Assembly: GCA_016618385.1 (NCBI GenBank)
Contig: JABFOP010000225.1
Coordinates: 79,735-143,734 of the forward strand
Reading direction: 5' to 3'
Origin: Nymphon striatum
Taxonomy: Eukaryota
Length of the DNA stretch: 64,000 nucleotides
In this document: one piece after another, positions 9,961 through 22,134 of the stretch
Layout: each line of letters begins with the position of its first letter
Position numbering within the stretch: the first letter of the stretch is position 1
Notes under the pieces: model-generated
The model's input: the letters and a program-made list of their open reading frames with translations, nothing else
What the model was told of the DNA's origin: nothing
Databases searched by the model: none
Translations under genes and position numbers: made by a program

Positions 9961-12234
9961 AACTCTATAGACGTACGCGCCTGAAAGGGGCCAATCAATC
10001 AATGTCTATCGAGAAGTAACCAAAATTAAAAAATTGAATTTATATTTGCACTGTATTTTCAGTATAATACCACAATCCTATAATTTAAATCCTGTTTCAC
10101 AATTTTGTTTAGTAACTAGTGGCTCAAGCAGCTCAAGATTTATATTTTTAAGGTTTTTATGAAATAATCGAGGCGACACAGAATTTTGTAAACATACGTA
10201 CGTACTTCTACAGACCAGTGCACTACTTTACTGATGGTCAGAAAAGCAAAACACAGTTATTATAATTTATTAAACTTAACTTGATAGTTAATAAAGTGAA
10301 AATAATTGCAAAGATCTGAAGAAGAAAATAAATTACCATAATAACACCTAACACGAGAAGAAGAAGTTGAATAATATAGAAGAAATATAATGCATTCTCA
10401 TTGCAAGGGTATTGCACAACTAATCAACAGATTTTCGTCACACAATGCAATCAACTGTCAGAATCGATCTCCACCCACCAGATTACTTGTGCCATATTGA
10501 TACTTGTCGGACCCAGTCGGACCACCTTCGCATAGTCAGCAATATATTTCTAAAACTTCTTATGACTGAAGAAAATATGAGTGATTAATAATAATTATAC
10601 TTAAAAATATGAGTGCTTAGTAAAGCCCTGCATTAATGGCTTGCCATAGATAATATCTATCAATTCGCCAGATGATGTCTATATTGCTTGTTTAATTATT
10701 GTATGGTGTTGAACAAGTGCAGTGACTACTTTTTTCTTCTTCTTTTTTTTATTATTCAATATTATAAACAATATACATTTTTATTAACATTACCTCTTTC
10801 AGTTTTTTCGGTATAATAAAGAGATTATAACCTGTTTATTGGGAACTATTGTAAGTTATAGCCTTCAGGTCTGCGCTACGGTCCTCAAGCTATATGCCCT
10901 GACCCCATGCTATAAAATCACCATAGTACCCTTTTAAACATCACATAATCTGTAAACAGAATTCTTTATAAACTGTTATTTGGTTTTCCTATAGGGTTTC
11001 CATATAAGGATCCTAGCATTTTACATAGGGTTTTGTATCGCCCTTATAGGTTTTGCTATATCATTATATAGGCGTACTTATAGATACATTTTCCTGATAG
11101 ATTTCTCTTATCTTTACCGAAATAGATCCTATGAATAGTCTTGGAAAACACTTTTTGAAAAGATGTAATGGCCAGCTAGAATAAGGTTTAAAAACAGTGC
11201 ATTCATGATTCATACGTTTCGGCTCACGGAGCCATCATCAGTGAAAGTTAGGTAAAAATATATAACTGAAATTGAATACAAAGCAAAAAAAAAAAAAAAC
11301 GGATTAGACCAAAATAGATAATAACGAAGTGAACAAATACCCCCCCCCACCCCCACACTCAAGTACATTTAGGGGCCGCATGCACGTTCCGATTTTCTCG
11401 GGGAAGGTGGGGTATTTCCAAGGCAAAACTCGGGTGAAAATTCCCCAGAAATCAAAAATAGAGGGTCAATTTTAAGATCAAACCCAGAAAAATTTTTAAA
11501 AGGGGGGGGGGGGTTATTTCAAAGATGCAAGCCCGAGTTAGTTATAGTTCCTACATTGTTGCCAAGTTTTTGTTCCCAATTTCACCTATCCTTTTTTTGT
11601 TAAAAATTGAAACTTTAACACATCCTTATATGAGGAGGGTAAGGGGCCAAGGCCAAATGTCAGGTATCAGTTCAAAAGAATGTTAAATGTCGGAATTACT
11701 AAAAATTAGTAGTTGTTATCACCAAGTGTAAATAAACCGACAAAACGCAAATAATGTCACCAAATGGCATAAATCGCATATAAAATCAAAATTAGAATGA
11801 ATTACCATGCGCCACCCATTAGGCAGAAAATTTAACCGAATTAGGCTCATAATTGAGCTTTGGTACAGGTATGTCTTGCGCACATATTCTTGGGTCTTTT
11901 AAATTTTTGATATTTTTAATACCCTAGAAAAGGAGTTAAAATATTTGAATCCCTTAAAGAGGGGGTACCTGAATCCCTGAACCCCTAGAGAGGGGGTGGA
12001 AAATTGTGATAAAAGCCCGTGATAGAGGGTAAAAGAATTGGCAAATGCCTTAGATAGGGGTGCTTTGAAATATTGGGTACAAGCTGTGGCCCCCTCTTGT
12101 TTGCTGGGACTGGGGGGTCGGGACAGATAAGAAATGAAACAAAAAAAAATATATATAATTAAAGTTGGAAAGATAGCATGTGAAGGAAAAGAATAGTTTA
12201 CAGGAGTTATCACAGTAGTTAATTATATATTGTA

Positions 12235-12683
12235 GGTTTCTCCTTGAGGATGTGGAGAGTTTCAAGAATACGGAGGTCAAAAAGTTCTTGGCAGAATCTA
12301 TTATTTGAAAGTTATAAATATTGACGAGGGAAGAAGGTTTTAACGAGATGTTCCCTGATATAAGAATGAGGGGGGCATTGAAGAGGGAGACCAGTGCGGA
12401 CACTATGACCAAATTTCGTTGTCCACAGTCTTGAGGATCGGAGTACGTTGGGTTAACCTCACGTACTTTTCTTGCTAGAATCTCTGAATACCTTGGTCAT
12501 ATATATATAGTGTCTGCACTGGTCTCCCTCTTCAATGCCCCTCTCATTCTTACATCAAGGAACATCTCGTTAAATGTAAACCTTCTTCCCCCGTCAATAT
12601 TAATAACTTTCAAATAATAGATTTAGCCAATAACTTTTTTGACCCCCGTATTCTTGAAACTCTTCATATCCTAAGGAGAAACC
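12235..12683. mobile_element. Foldback/MITE with ~165-bp arms, nested in the 11.1-13.1-kb element.
   Basis: GGTTTCTCCTTGAGGATGTGGAGAGTTTCAAGAATACGGAGG... at 12235 is the reverse complement of ...CCCGTATTCTTGAAACTCTTCATATCCTAAGGAGAAACC ending at 12683. Confidence 0.75.
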
Positions 12684-12760
12684 TTCCATTAACCACGCTG
12701 ATAGCTCTTATAAATTATTCTTTTCCTTCACATGATATTTTTTTCTACTTCGATTATATT

Positions 12761-12868
12761 TATATTTTTGTATTTTTTGTATTTTTTGTATTTTTTGTAT
12801 TTTTTGTATTTTTTGTATTTTTTGTATTTTTTGTATTTTTTGTATTTTTTGTATTTTTGGTTTTTGTT
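12761..12868. repeat. Microsatellite (TATTTTTTG)n, about 12 units.
   Basis: Direct read. It produces the artefactual FLYFLYFLY ORF at 12732-12998. Confidence 0.95.
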
Positions 12869-13439
12869 TTTTTTTGTTTCGTCTCTTATTTGTTCACTTC
12901 GTTATTATCTGTTTTGGTGTAATCCGTTTAATTTGCTTTTTATTCAATTTCAGTTATATATTTTCACTGATGATGGCTCCGTGAGCCGAAACGTATGAAT
13001 CATGAATAAACTGTTTTTAAACGTTATTCTGGCCATTAGATATTTTCAAAAAGATCCCGATAGGTTTTAGTTATATGTTACCCTATATAGATCATATCGC
13101 TGGCTGAGAGCAAAAACATCGTAACTGATTTCCAAGAATTCACACAAACAATTCAGTTACGACGTGTTCACTCTAAATAAAAGAATACTCTGGCACATAC
13201 GATCTTTTTGCCCTCTTCTAGTGTCACTCCCAAGATCGTAAATCACATCGACCATGCAAAACTTGAATCCATGTTCATTGCCAAACAAGATTATGTCATA
13301 CACGTACTTATAATTGACAAAAATGGCACATACGATGTTTTTGCTCTCAGACAGCGATATGTTGTGTATGTTCGTGATTTCTTCTCTGAAAACAGATGCA
13401 TACTTGTTTTAAAGGAAAATACTTCGTCCCTCGGATTAA

Positions 13440-13640
13440 TGGAGTTAAAGAGTTGAATTAATAGAGGTCCCGTTTAGAATAGAGTCACGCCCTCTGCATG
13501 TTAAAGAACACACTTCACCGTTTGAACAACAGTAGGGTGGAAGGTTCCGATATGGTAGAGCACATGCGAGGTACGGTAATTCTTAATTGCAGTGTGAGAA
13601 ATAGAACTCGTCTACCATATAGCTTGAAGTTCTAATGGCG
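13440..13640 (+). mobile_element. SINE-A body fragment, no head.
   Basis: Aligns to 6040-6240 (ATAGAGGTC.CG..TAGA.TAGAG...CTTCTGCATGTTAAAGAAC.CACTTCAC...GGTGGAAGGT). Confidence 0.6.
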
Positions 13641-13679
13641 AAGAAGCGCTTTCAGTCAAATTGACACTGCCTCTACTGA

Positions 13680-14260
13680 ATTTAGGGCATATCATATCAT
13701 TGGTGTTCAAACAGGTCCTGGGCATGTAACAATGATACACCAATAAAATGTACGATTAATAGAAACACATATTTCGGAATTTTATGAAAATATGAGCACA
13801 CTCAGCTGCAAGTTAATTTGATTTCTTTCCTTAATTAAGGAACCGAGGTTCTGCCTTCTGCGTCCAATGACAGAAACAATATTGAGTTTGATATTGCTGC
13901 AATAGCCGTGACAGAACTCTGCACAAAATAGTCTATAGAACTCTGGTCCTAAAACTCGTTATAAACCCTATAGAAATCCTATAGAACTGTTCTATAGAAC
14001 TTTTCTATATGATCTCTATATGATTTCTACAGGATTTCTATGCTGTTTGCAAGGAAGGGCCATAATAGAGGATACAGAAAATCGAGGCATCCTTTAAAGT
14101 TACATATTTACTAGAGTTATGGCAGTATTGTGGAAAATTCTACATTACAGTAAAACTGATAAAAAAAAATGTTATCATTGAATTATTTATTTATTTGCAT
14201 AAAACAGACTCCGGAAATTAAATAGGGACACATGAGTGGACACGCTTCAACATCTTAATT
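13680..14260. repeat. Diverged segmental duplicate of 16400-16830.
   Basis: Blocks such as GGTGTTCAAACAGGTCCTG...ATTTTATGAAAA.ATGAG.ACACTCA.CTGCAAGTT.AT and ...CAGTATTGT...ATCATTGAATTATTTATTTG match collinearly at about 75-80%. Confidence 0.55.
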
Positions 14261-14341
14261 AATTAATTCTTACATCAGGAGCATATGTAATTTACTGTGT
14301 AGTAAGTTACAACTAACAAATATGATATACAAGCAAACGCA

Positions 14342-14838
14342 TTGGGGTACCTTGTTAAATGATGAGTGTACAGATGGCGCTGCGACGCAAAGCAGGTCAG
14401 CCTCTGATAATTTAACACTGTGTTGTGCTAGCGTTACTGAGTTTATGGGTGTTTTTGTCAATTATACATCATGCCAACCGAATGTCGCGTGCCTATGTGC
14501 AAGAACAGGTCTGTCCATTTATGTCCGTGGTCAACCCATGCACGATTTCAATCGTGGAAGGTGGCAATTAATTAATTAAGAGAGAGAAGTGGCAACCTAC
14601 CAATTTATCAGGTCTCTCGGACACATGTGATATTTAAATCATTTAAAATCTTTCCTTCGTATTTGTTCTTTGGCATTTTGAAAAAATTGATTTTGATTTT
14701 GAAAAAAATGCTTATAACCTGCGTAAAATCGAACGAAACAACAAACACGTACAGTTGAAGACTTGAAGTTCACCGGGATTTTGCAAAATGACCTGAGTTG
14801 CTACATTGCGTCATCTGGATTTTTAGTTCCAAAGTACC
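14342..14838. repeat. Right copy of the ~490-bp inverted repeat; its partner is at 2422-2910.
   Basis: See the left copy. Confidence 0.85.
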
Positions 14839-15450
14839 CCATTGTTTCTGTTCCTATATATGTAATGAAATAAATGTTAGAAATATTTACTGTTGAATCC
14901 CCACCAATTTGTAGCATTAGGGTTTTCACTTTCTCGCAAAACAAACAAAAAATCGAATCAAACATACGAAACTAAACTAAAATCAAAAAGGCAGATAAAC
15001 AGAAATAAAAGCTGAGTAAAAGAATTAACTTTTTGATGACTAGAACACTATATTTCCAGTTAGGTATATATACGAACAGTCATCGTTCGATTGTCCTTTC
15101 AGTCTTTTCTAGCACATACAATGATTTTACACGGCGGGTGTTGACAATTTAGCCAACTACTTTAGGAAATTCCAGCAATTTCAGTTGAATCTCAGAAATA
15201 GATTGGGTTTGTGATAGGAATAAAAGTATAGACACTTCAAGTTTCTTACAGTTATTGATTGACTCTTTCCTTTAAAATATGTCATTATAACTTTAAAATG
15301 TATTGACTGTAACATTAAATTGCGAACTTATTGTCTCGTATATCCGCTCAATGATGCCATTTTTAACCTATTTTCGTCATCAATTGAAAAGAAAAAGTTT
15401 TAGCGTTGCAAACAACAACGATTTTAAATCTGTGATAGGATATAATAGTT

Positions 15451-16023
15451 GTGAGTGTCAGCAGACATTATAGAATTCCAAGAAAAAAGAAAAAAGAAAT
15501 TAAAAGACGGATAGAAATATCCAGGAGAGCCTTCAACAACATGAAAGGCATTTTTGTGTCGAGGAAAATAAACATAAAACTGAAGTTAAGACTAGTAAAA
15601 TGTTACATATGGTCTATTTTACTATATGGCGTGGAGACATGGACAATAAGCAAAAAAATGGAGGAACGGCTAGAAGCATATGAAATGTGGATATATCGAA
15701 GAATTGGGAAGGTGTCATGGACTGAAAGAAAGACAAACGAATATGTTTTAAGAATGTTGGGCATCAAAAAGCAACTACTAAATATTGTGAAAGAACGGAA
15801 ATTAAAGTATTATGGACACATAAAGAGACACCAAACTGTTCAGAGAATTACACTGGAAGGAAAAGTCGAAGGAAAAAGATCACGTGGAAAACAGAGATTA
15901 AAGTGGGAAGACAACATCAAGGGGTGGACTAAACGCAGTATGGAAGAATGTGGCAGACTGGCAAAAGATAGAGTGGGCTGGAGAGTAATTGTAGCCAACC
16001 TTCGAAACGAAGACGGCACTTAA
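15451..16023 (+). mobile_element. LINE ORF2 C-terminal region (reverse-transcriptase thumb and tail), 5'-truncated copy.
   Basis: ...LLYGVETWTISKKMEERLEAYEMWIYRRIGKVSWTERKTNEYVLRMLG...KYYGHIKRH...GKRSRGKQRLKWEDNI... This is the standard LINE RT C-terminus (E.W......RL.AFEMW.YRR...ISW.D..TNE.VL...). Confidence 0.8.
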
Positions 16024-17149
16024 AGAAGAAAGAAGAAGAAACCCTATACATTCAGAGACTATTGCATGGGCTAGTTTATTGATTGAGTTAAAATCTAATA
16101 CATCATACGAAGAATTGCGACTTTTACACAATCATAATATATTATTTATAATCAGAATTAGTGGTTGTTGATAAAAAAATATGCCACAAAAGAAATATTA
16201 AGCATATTTTAAGAATTTAAAAGAACTCGGTATATATAACGGATATGTATTGAGTTCCAATTTGATATGCTTTTTACTACATAACTGCATGACAAAGAAC
16301 TTTTAAAAACACAACAAATGTCCATGTCAGCATTGCGACAACCGTATCATAGCCGTAATGTAATACGTTTACGGCATTTATAGGAATAACAATATTTTGG
16401 GGCTGGTGTTCAAACAGGTCCTGCAGGGCATATGACAGAATACTAAACAAAAGATATTATTGATGGGAACACATATAAATAGATTTTATGAAAACATGAG
16501 GACACTCACCTGCAAGTTGATATCTTTCCTTCATTAAAGAGTTGAAGTGAAGCCATGCATATGTGTTCAAACAATCAAACAATCAAACAATGTTAGAAAC
16601 AATACTGATTTGATATTTTTGAAATAACTGTGACAAAGGAGACATAACAAAGGATACTATTAAACAATTGGAACTGCCTTTTAAAGTTTCATAATTGCTA
16701 AATTCAAGGCAGTATTGTTACAATGCTATAATAGTCAACTAGAAACAATTTTATCATTGAATTATTTATTTGCTCGAAACAGACGAATTGATAGTGAGGA
16801 TCTTCACATCAAGACATGGGATTTGAATTTCTTAGATGAATAAAGTATTTCAATTCAATTCAATTCAATTACTTTACTTACTGGGTAATAAGTTACAAGT
16901 GTAGTGGTCCGCTATGTATCCTAACTAACATCATAAATATTAATCTTAAATCATTTTCGTTTAAATCTAAAAGCCTTTTTCATATATCAAAATATAAAAT
17001 TAAATTAAATCCTTCCATCTTAAAGTAAATAAATTCCTTTAAGCGACGACTGACATATCGGATGTCAATTTAACCGTGAGAACCATAAAATTCTTGCTTC
17101 ACACCAAAATCTCCCAAGCGTCATAATGAGTTTTTCCATCAAAATTTAC

Positions 17150-17205
17150 TTTAACCAATCAGAGCTCATCACCATTTTCCCCGCTCCTGTGGGGATATAA
17201 AAAGA
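17150..17205 (+). promoter_or_regulatory. CCAAT box (AACCAATCAGAG, about 17153) followed ~35 bp later by a TATA-like GGGGATATAAAAAG (about 17191-17204).
   Basis: Motif spacing matches a classical Pol II core promoter. No convincing ORF lies downstream, though one could be spliced. Confidence 0.25.
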
Positions 17206-17966
17206 AGAAATTCTGAGATGAGAAAGTTAGTCACTCCTTGGAGCTGTAACCAGGATTTACTCTATAAATTTCAACACACATAAACCAATCAATTTTCAGC
17301 CTGAAATAGATATGTGATAAATATATATTTATCATTTGTTCTGATGGACCATATCTTCATGTCTTGGTAATTAACTTCATATCAATAAATATTATCTGAA
17401 TTTCAAATCAACAACCAGTATATTTCATTGTCCATTTCTATCATCATATTCATTGCCGAGTGAAATATCCAGCCTCTGATCATCCAACCTCCAATCTTCG
17501 AGCAACCAACATCTTCTATGCGATATTAAATTTTACCTTCTGCATTTCAAACTTTAAACATTAACTTTTTATTATTATTGTTCCTGCTAATCCCACAGAG
17601 ACCAATACAAGTGGTGAGACTATTTCATCAGTTCTTCAGTTTTCACTATCATTCACTCATCTTCAAAAAGGCAGGACAATATACAAATAACAAAAATAAC
17701 ATAAAATCAACCAAAATTGTTTTAGTCCCTATGCAACGATATAAATGTAAGAAGTTTTAGCAGGACAGAAGATTTCCTATCCCTGTTTTCTGTAAAATCA
17801 CTATCTTATCATGAATGATCGTGTTCAGAAAGATTCTAAGTACAAAGTTCACATGGACATATACATTATAAATAAATATCCTCAGACCTTCTTCTTCTTT
17901 AAGTATCACATCTGATGCAGACATTGGTGATCATTGTTCGCCATTCAACTCTTTTTTCAGATATTC

Positions 17967-18227
17967 TCAAAATATCAACATTGCTTTTTCTTTCTTAGTC
18001 ATCCAACAATTCAAGCTCTCAAGATAGATCAACCTTTTTCTACCAGGACCTCGTTTGCCATTAATTTTTCCAGTAAGTGCAAGATGTTCAAGGCTTTTAT
18101 GTCGGTTCAAATGTCCAAAAAATTGCATTTGTCTTTTTCTGATTGTTTCTATTAATGATATTTCAGTTCCATCATTTTCTAATACAGGATTCCTTAGTTT
18201 TCTTTTCTTTTCTTTTTTTCCTTCCAC
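17967..18227 (-). mobile_element. LINE ORF2 tail fragment.
   Basis: ...LIETIRKRQMQFFGHLNRHKSLEHLALTGKINGKRGPGRKRL... (the GH..R / GKR.RGR block). Confidence 0.6.
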
Positions 18228-19231
18228 GAGATCTTAACATTCTTCTTAAAAACCACATCTCCGTAGCCTCTAATTTTTTCTTTAAAACTTCGTTAATAGT
18301 CCAATATTCGCAACCATATAAGAGCGTTGACCACACATAAGCCCTTTAAAACTCTATTTTTTATTGTCATTGAGATATTTCTGTTAGTAAGAATTGGTTT
18401 CATTTTATTAAAACTATCTTTGGCTATAGCAATTCCTCAGACCTACAATGTACTAAACAGCACAGCAGCTATATAACATGCCATATTATTATTCCATTAT
18501 TTGTACTGATTGCGCATACCTTTGTGAAAAATTTCTAAAATCATGCAGCAGAAATGACTGACGAACCGTTAAGAATGTGTGATGAATAATTTATAAAATT
18601 GTATAGGATATATAAATTGTGTAAGATAGCTTCAATATAAACGTAGCATGACGTTATGACGTTTTAGCAAGAGTTAGAACAACTCAATATGCTATTTAGA
18701 TAATAATGAAATCAGTGAACCAATAATGGAAAATGTATAAGTGTCTGGTACCATGTAGACTGTTCATTGTTTTAGCAAGGAAGACAACTGTGGTAAAAGG
18801 AAAGAAGAATGAGAAGGAAGTGATACATGAACAATTCTTAACAGATATAGAAATTGGAGTAGATATCAAAGGAACATATATGTTAATGGAGGTTAAGATC
18901 ACACCCGAAAGTGGAAACAGAAGCATAATAATTTTAGTGAAATTAAACGGGCACTGGAAGATATAATGTAGAGTATGATATTGATGAGACCGGAAATTAA
19001 CCACAGTGTAGTATGTACATGTAGAGAGAAAAGAGGTATGTAGTGTCTTATCAATAAGACACTACATACCTTACATATCTTATCAATAAGCGCTCTACCA
19101 TTTTGCAAATGAAGGAATAATAACATTTCACATATTAACTCCTCATTTTTAAGAAAGACAGACTCCGTCACTTAACAATGATCATAATTTCATAGAATGA
19201 TAAAAAAAGTTTAACACACTTTAGTCTCTAA

Positions 19232-19593
19232 GGCCAAAAAAAAAAAAAAGGCTGTGTTTCCGGTAACGGTCTTGACAGACGGGTCGGTAGGTCGATTTTT
19301 ATTATTTTTTTTATTTTCTAGAAATTATATAACCCACCAATTGTACCATTTACTTCATTTGAAGGGCTATCTACATTTGATTCAAAGAAATACAAGTGTT
19401 TAAATCATTTAATTTAGACAAACATCATAGAGAATTTTAGGAGGAATTTTAGGAGGTAGTTTTGTGATGTTTTTTCTTTACCATTTCATGCATTTTACTA
19501 TGTTTTTCCCGAATCATCATACAAACATTTCAGTCGGCGGTAAAATTACACGGTCAGTCGGGTTACCGGAAACACAACATTTTTTTTTTGGCC
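19232..19593. mobile_element. PIF/Harbinger-type (Tourist-like) MITE, copy 1. TIR GGCCAAAAAAAAAA..GCTGTGTTTCCGGTAAC, flanked by TAA.
   Basis: GGCCAAAAAAAAAAAAAAGGCTGTGTTTCCGGTAACGGTC at 19232 is inverted to GGTTACCGGAAACACAACATTTTTTTTTTGGCC ending at 19593. TAA lies on both flanks. Confidence 0.75.
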
Positions 19594-20109
19594 TAACCCA
19601 AACGTACGGTTGTACAAGAAGAACATATTGACCGTTTTCAACTGCAAACAGTGAAGTAGTTTATGCAGACCAAATATAATGTAAAAGATAGAAAATTTAC
19701 TATCCTTGGGCAACATTCTGTACACTTTTATTTCTTTCGGTTTTACTCATTAGTGGGTAATGAGTGATTACTGTTAAAATTATTCCAAGAATTATTTTGA
19801 ATATTTGAATTTTTGAATTTTTGAATTTTTGAATTTTAGAATAATAAGAATAATAAAAATAATAGTGAATTGCACAGTAAATTTATATAGTATTATACAA
19901 TGTTATAATATATTCAGAATAGCAACTCGTCTGCATTACCTAGATGCCATCTGGTATAGATGGCAGATAAGTTGATTTTGAAAGGATACATCTATAAGAA
20001 TTGGAGAAACTGTTGTGTTTAAAAGTGACCTTTATAGCGTTGACAAGTAGCTTCCCTCTCTCTTCTCCTGAAGTCATACATAAGTATTAACTTTCTTGTA
20101 GTATATAGT

Positions 20110-20545
20110 ATATTCTTGTAGCCTCTGTGCAGAGTAATGGATAGCTCACCGATGTTGCAATTAGGAGGTGCGGGTTCGACTCCCGTCAGAGGTAAGAGTT
20201 ACTTTTTCTAACTCTTTATAGACGTCCTTATACTTGCTTCTTATCTGTTGTCTTCTTTCTCTTGGTTAGACTTTCTAAACACAACAGAAGCATCATTTTC
20301 GAAATCTCTTTGGTGGAATGACTTCGCTTTCACTCATGACTAGTACAGATAATGGTTTGAAATAATCTGATGAAGAAGCTGGTTCAGATGAGAAAATACT
20401 TCGTCCCTCGGAAAGGACTTTAAAAGAGGTACCGTGTAAAGGTGAGTCATACTCTTTGCACCTTAAAAGGAACCCAATTCACTAATTGAAGAAGTGTAGG
20501 GCTGGAGGTCCTGGTGTGTGGTACACCTGCATTATAGTCGTATAT
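20110..20545 (+). mobile_element. SINE-like copy with a tRNA-like head (B-box GGTTCGACTCC) and a SINE-A-related body.
   Basis: GCAGAGTAATGGATAGCTC...GGGTTCGACTCCCGTCAGAGG, then a body matching 13380-13640. It abuts the Tc1 TIR at 20553. Confidence 0.5.
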
Positions 20546-20552
20546 AACGTAT

Positions 20553-20625
20553 TACAGTGGTGGCCAAAAGTATTGCATCACTTGCACACTCCGAATTTTA
20601 TGAGGGATAATAACACATTTTAGTC
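20553..20625 (+). mobile_element. Tc1-like terminal inverted repeat (5' end): TACAGTGGTGGCCAAAAGTATTGCATCAC...
   Basis: A canonical Tc1-family terminus. A related direct copy sits at 23135 (TACACTACTGGCCAAAATTAATGAGCCAC). Confidence 0.65.
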
Positions 20626-21330
20626 GTATACCTTCCACTTCAAGCAGAGAGGTAGCTTGCTGCGCCAAACATTGTTCAGGAGACCAAAAGCTTGCCAACC
20701 TAGGGGGACCTGGGGAAACACGTCGCCTCACTTCAGGCTCCCAGTCTCTGTGTATTGAGATAAGCTGTCCTAAGTAAGTATAGTTATCAACTTGGTACAA
20801 TACCACATTTCCTGTCATAATGGGTTGGATTTCTACATTTCTGTTAAACATGACCTTAGTCTTACTCAAATTAATTTCTAAACCTACTTTATTACTGGCA
20901 GTTCTCAGTTCCTCAACCATCAGTTGAAGCTCCTGAGGGGACTCAGAGAACAGGACTACATCGTCGGAAAACCTGAGGTTGGTCAGGCTAACCCCATTTA
21001 TGGGGATTCATTTAGAAGTCCAGTTTAGGCATCTAAATACATTCTCCAAGCAAGCTGTAAATAGTTTTGGAGATATAGAATCTTCCCTATCTCACTCCTT
21101 TCTCTAATCTAATCTTTTTTGTATTGGTATGAAGCTATTTATATTAGAAGTTCCTAAGTCCAAAAATTTGGTCCAGCATTCTTATGTATGCTGGGGAAAT
21201 ATGTTGGGCATTTAAGGCATTTAGTACAGCCTGATGCTCTACTGAGTCAAACGCCTTCTTGTAATCAATAAACGCTAGGCACAGGGGTAGATTATATTCA
21301 TGATATTTTTTAATCACTTGATTAATCACT
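20626..21330 (-). mobile_element. LINE reverse-transcriptase domain fragment, truncated at both ends.
   Basis: Minus-strand ORFs give ...LAFIDYKKAFDSVEH... and ...VGLEINLSKTKVMFNRN...VDNYTYLGQ..., which are RT motifs. The reading frame is cut by the Tc1 TIR at 20553. Confidence 0.75.
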
Positions 21331-21399
21331 TGATCACTGTATGGATGTGATGTATGGATGACTGTATGGATGTGATCCTACCTGTACTAACGTATGGGT

Positions 21400-21818
21400 C
21401 AGAGACCTGAGCAATTACAGATAACTTGTTGAGAAAATTGGTGAGTGCCCAACACAGTATGGAAAGAAAGATACTAGGTGTCAGCTGGATGGATAGAAAG
21501 ACTAATAGTTGGGTGAGGATACACACAGGGTGTAAAGATTGACCCAGACAGTAAAGAGTAGCAAGTGGAACTGGGCCGGAGACTTGACCCGTAGAACAGA
21601 CGATAGATGGACCACTAAATCCACAACTTGGATAACAGATAGGGAAGGAAGAAAACGGGGAAAACCGAAGAGAAGGTGGGTGGATGATATAGCTAAGTTT
21701 GACAGGGGTTGGGTTGAAAGAGCTGCCGATAGAGAGGACTGGAGATCTAGACGGAGACCTTTGCTCAGCAGTGGGCCAGTATGGGCGGATGATGATGATG
21801 ATGATGATGATGAATAAC
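21400..21818 (+). mobile_element. 3' end of an RTE-like LINE ORF2 plus a (GATGAT)n tail at 21786-21813.
   Basis: ...SMERKILGVSWMDRKTNSWVR...WNWAGDLTRRTDDRWTTKSTTWITDREGRKRGKPKRRWVDDIAKFDRGWVERAADREDWRSRR... This is the hallmark RTE C-terminus. The same tail (in both orientations) is found at 55617-55880(-), 59380-59662(+) and 6240-6320(+). Confidence 0.8.
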
Positions 21819-22134
21819 ACATTTTGCGTATTCTATATTAAGTTGTTGTGTCATATTACATATAATTTTTTAAGGAATTTTGACTTCTATCTATTGCTGG
21901 TTTATTTGTGTTTATATGTTGAGTGGTCAAAAAGTTACAGCTAAATAACTAAACCAAAACAAACACAATTTAAAACATGTTGCTAATCAATCAACTCAAT
22001 CCTTTAATTAACGAATTAGTGACCTCCATTAATTACCATCAGCACAGCGCATTCATCAGGTATACTCTATATAAGGTCAAGAACATTTCATTTGACATTT
22101 TTAGACTGTTCTGTCATCCTACAGGTCGGTAGAT

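Larger units (their letters stand above)
11150..13053. mobile_element. ~1.9-kb non-autonomous TIR element with ~110-bp terminal inverted repeats (terminus CTTTTTGAAAA.AT...TAATGGCCAG...GTTTAAAAACAGTGCATTCATGA...).
   Basis: 11150-11255 is the reverse complement of 12950-13053. The interior has no transposase. It contains G/C runs, a nested foldback and a microsatellite. Confidence 0.7.

Noticed and set aside
12732-12998. 88-aa ORF with FLYFLYFLY repeats
   Set aside because: It is a translation of the (TATTTTTTG)n microsatellite, not a gene.
21326-21822. Minus-strand ORFs (164 aa and 106 aa) overlapping 21400-21818
   Set aside because: They are antisense to the plus-strand RTE-like ORF2 C-terminus, which has the recognisable motifs. 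The poly-Ser and poly-Ile runs come from the (GATGAT)n tail.
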